Assembly: GCA_963792965.1 (NCBI GenBank)
Contig: CAWBYW010000018.1
Coordinates: 91,262-155,261 of the forward strand
Length of the DNA stretch: 64,000 nt
Reading direction: 5' to 3'
DNA from: an uncultured delta proteobacterium
Lineage (GTDB): Bacteria > Desulfobacterota > Zymogenia > Zymogenales > Zymogenaceae
In this document: piece by piece, positions 62,231 through 64,000 of the stretch
Layout: each line of letters opens with the position of its first letter
How positions within the stretch are numbered: the first letter of the stretch is position 1
Made by a program: the position numbers and the translations under genes
Notes under the pieces: generated by a model
What the model was told of the DNA's origin: nothing
Database searches by the model: none
What the model saw: only the letters and a program-made list of their open reading frames with translations

Positions 62231-64000
62231 ATGCAAAGTCTCTTGGAAATATTTTCTCTATTTTGCACAGATGTCAGCAAGAAGTCATCGGCTTCGGTAC
62301 GGGGAACCAGAGGATTAATTACGTGCTCCGTTTGAACATTTAATGGAGGGATTTGGGGAAACCCTTAAGCGCCAAGTAAGCTGTACAGGGGAGTCAAGAA
62401 AAAACGAAATAGGCAAACCCGACTACGCGATCCTTGTCAATAATCTTGCCCGGCTATGTGGAGCTAAAAGAACCCGGAAAAGGTGCAAATCCAAAATCCT
62501 TTAAGGGACATGATAAAAGATCAGTGGGAACGTTTTAAAGGTCTTACCTAATCTGTTATACACCGATGGCAACGAATGGGCGCTGTATCGTAATGGAGAG
62601 ATCGAAGGTAAACTGGCTGGCCTTAGCGGAGATATAGTTAAGGATGGGAAGAAGGCTGTAGAATCAGAAGACATCGCCGAAATTCAGTTTATCTTGGAAA
62701 ACTTTCTGCAGTGGGAACCTTAACCCGTTAAGAATACAAAAGAGCTTGCCAGGATAATTGCTTCGCTTTGCCGTATGTTACGTGACGAGGTGGCCGACGC
62801 AGTTCAAAACAAACAATCAGGGCTTAATGATCTTGCTCGCGATTGGCGTGAGCTGCTTTTTCCGACAGCAGATGACGCCCAGTTTGCCGATGCCTATGCG
62901 CAGACCGTAACGTTTGCCTTACTGCTGGCGCGTGCCGAAGGAGCAGATGCGCTGGATATCCATAACTCCGGTGAGGGTCCTTAAGGAGCACCATACCCTT
63001 CTCTCCCGTGCGCTGACGGTCTTGACGGATGATTCAGTACAACAAGAGATTTCATCGGGATTACGTCTTCTTCAGCGGATCATCAATTCCATAACACCAA
63101 AGGCTTTTACAGAAAAAAAGGGAGAACCCTGGCTATACTTCTACGAAGACTTCTCTGGCACAATACGACCCAAAACTGCGCAAGGACGCCGGGGCCTACT
63201 ACACTCCCGTTGAGGTTGTTCATTGTCAGGTCCGTTTGATCGACCATTTATTGCGTAATCGCCTCAACAAATCACAAGGTTTCTGTGACGAGAGTGTTAT
63301 CGTCCTCGACCCTCGTCGCTGGGACAGGGACTTATTTGCTTGGCGTGATAGAGCATGCACTGAAAAGGACCGAAAAGCATAGGGAAGGCGAGGTGCGGTA
63401 GCTGGAAAGGCAAATATACTCGCTAAGAATCTCCACGGCTTTGAATTTATGGTTGGTCCTTACAGCGTTTCTCAACTGCGACTTAGCCAGGCCCTCATGG
63501 CTAAAGGCGCAAAATTGAGCAATGACGGTGTGAATATTTACCTTCATAATACATTAGAGTCACCTCACGAGACACCGCCCCAATCCAGATGGTTTTTTGA
63601 GCCAATTGCTAAAAAGAGCACAAGAGGAGCGATTGAGGTAAAGAATACAATCCCCAATCTTAGTCTGCCTGGGGAACCCGCCCTACGACAGGCATAAAGC
63701 AGGCGATAAGGCAATAACGGATGCTCCAAATAAAGAGCTGCGGCGCTGTAACCGGAGGCTGGGTGCGCTATGGGGAGAAAAAGTGAAGCAACGTCACCCA
63801 TATTTGAGCCTTTACCAAACCGGGTAAGAGACGCTGGCTTTGGTGGCGATCTAAAGAACATCTATAACCTATATATCTATTTTTGGCGATGGGCTCTCTG
63901 GAAGGTATTTGAGCACGAAACATCAACCGGCCCCGGAATAGTGTCCTTTATCACCGCATCGTCTTATCTTGACGGCAACGCCTTTATTGGCATGCGCGAG
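62231..64000 (+). pseudogene. Type ISP/IIG-like restriction-modification enzyme (N6-adenine MTase), many frameshifts, runs off the window
   Basis: Across frames: LRAPFE, KPDY, YVELK, LYTDGNEW, YAQTVTFALL, WLYFYEDF, GAYYTPVEVV, VLDP..GTGTYL, CLGNPPY, YNLYIYFWRW, VSFITASSYL; lower GC. Confidence 0.8.

Overview
GC-rich bacterial window; the gene content suggests an anaerobic deltaproteobacterium-like organism (inference only). 1-13138: Wzx/Wzy-type exopolysaccharide locus with a REC-PAS-sigma54 activator, a sigma54 promoter, an ExeA-like ATPase, an HD-GYP protein, Wza, Wzc, Wzy-like and GT4. The same largely translationally coupled operon continues (13135-20419) into a RiPP cassette resembling the SynChlorMet (ScmC/D/E/F) system: nucleotidyltransferase, tandem PqqD/RRE protein, two radical SAM/SPASM enzymes, HPr-kinase-like protein, S26-like peptidase and a degenerate adenylate-forming enzyme. 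The best finding is a 73-aa candidate precursor in this cassette (YxxP leader, five CxxG motifs about 10 residues apart). Then come a ROK-regulated sugar catabolism operon, HIT, lysC and tRNA-Arg(CCG). Upstream of the tRNA is a tandem array of integrase-less islets (31199-46348) that duplicate the 5' half of the tRNA together with a promoter. Their cargo includes IS remnants, a Cys-rich-domain/CoA-transferase fusion, a two-component system, TetR/V4R/SDR/esterase genes and fur/perR-katG. The rest holds a LacI sugar/polyol operon, two phytoene-desaturase-like paralogues around a V4R gene, a GPH transporter whose 3' end is duplicated around a toxin-antitoxin islet, and a heavily frameshifted type ISP-like restriction-modification gene. 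Several single-base indels, mostly in homopolymers, suggest long-read assembly errors. Family assignments come from motif recognition only; no database searches were run.
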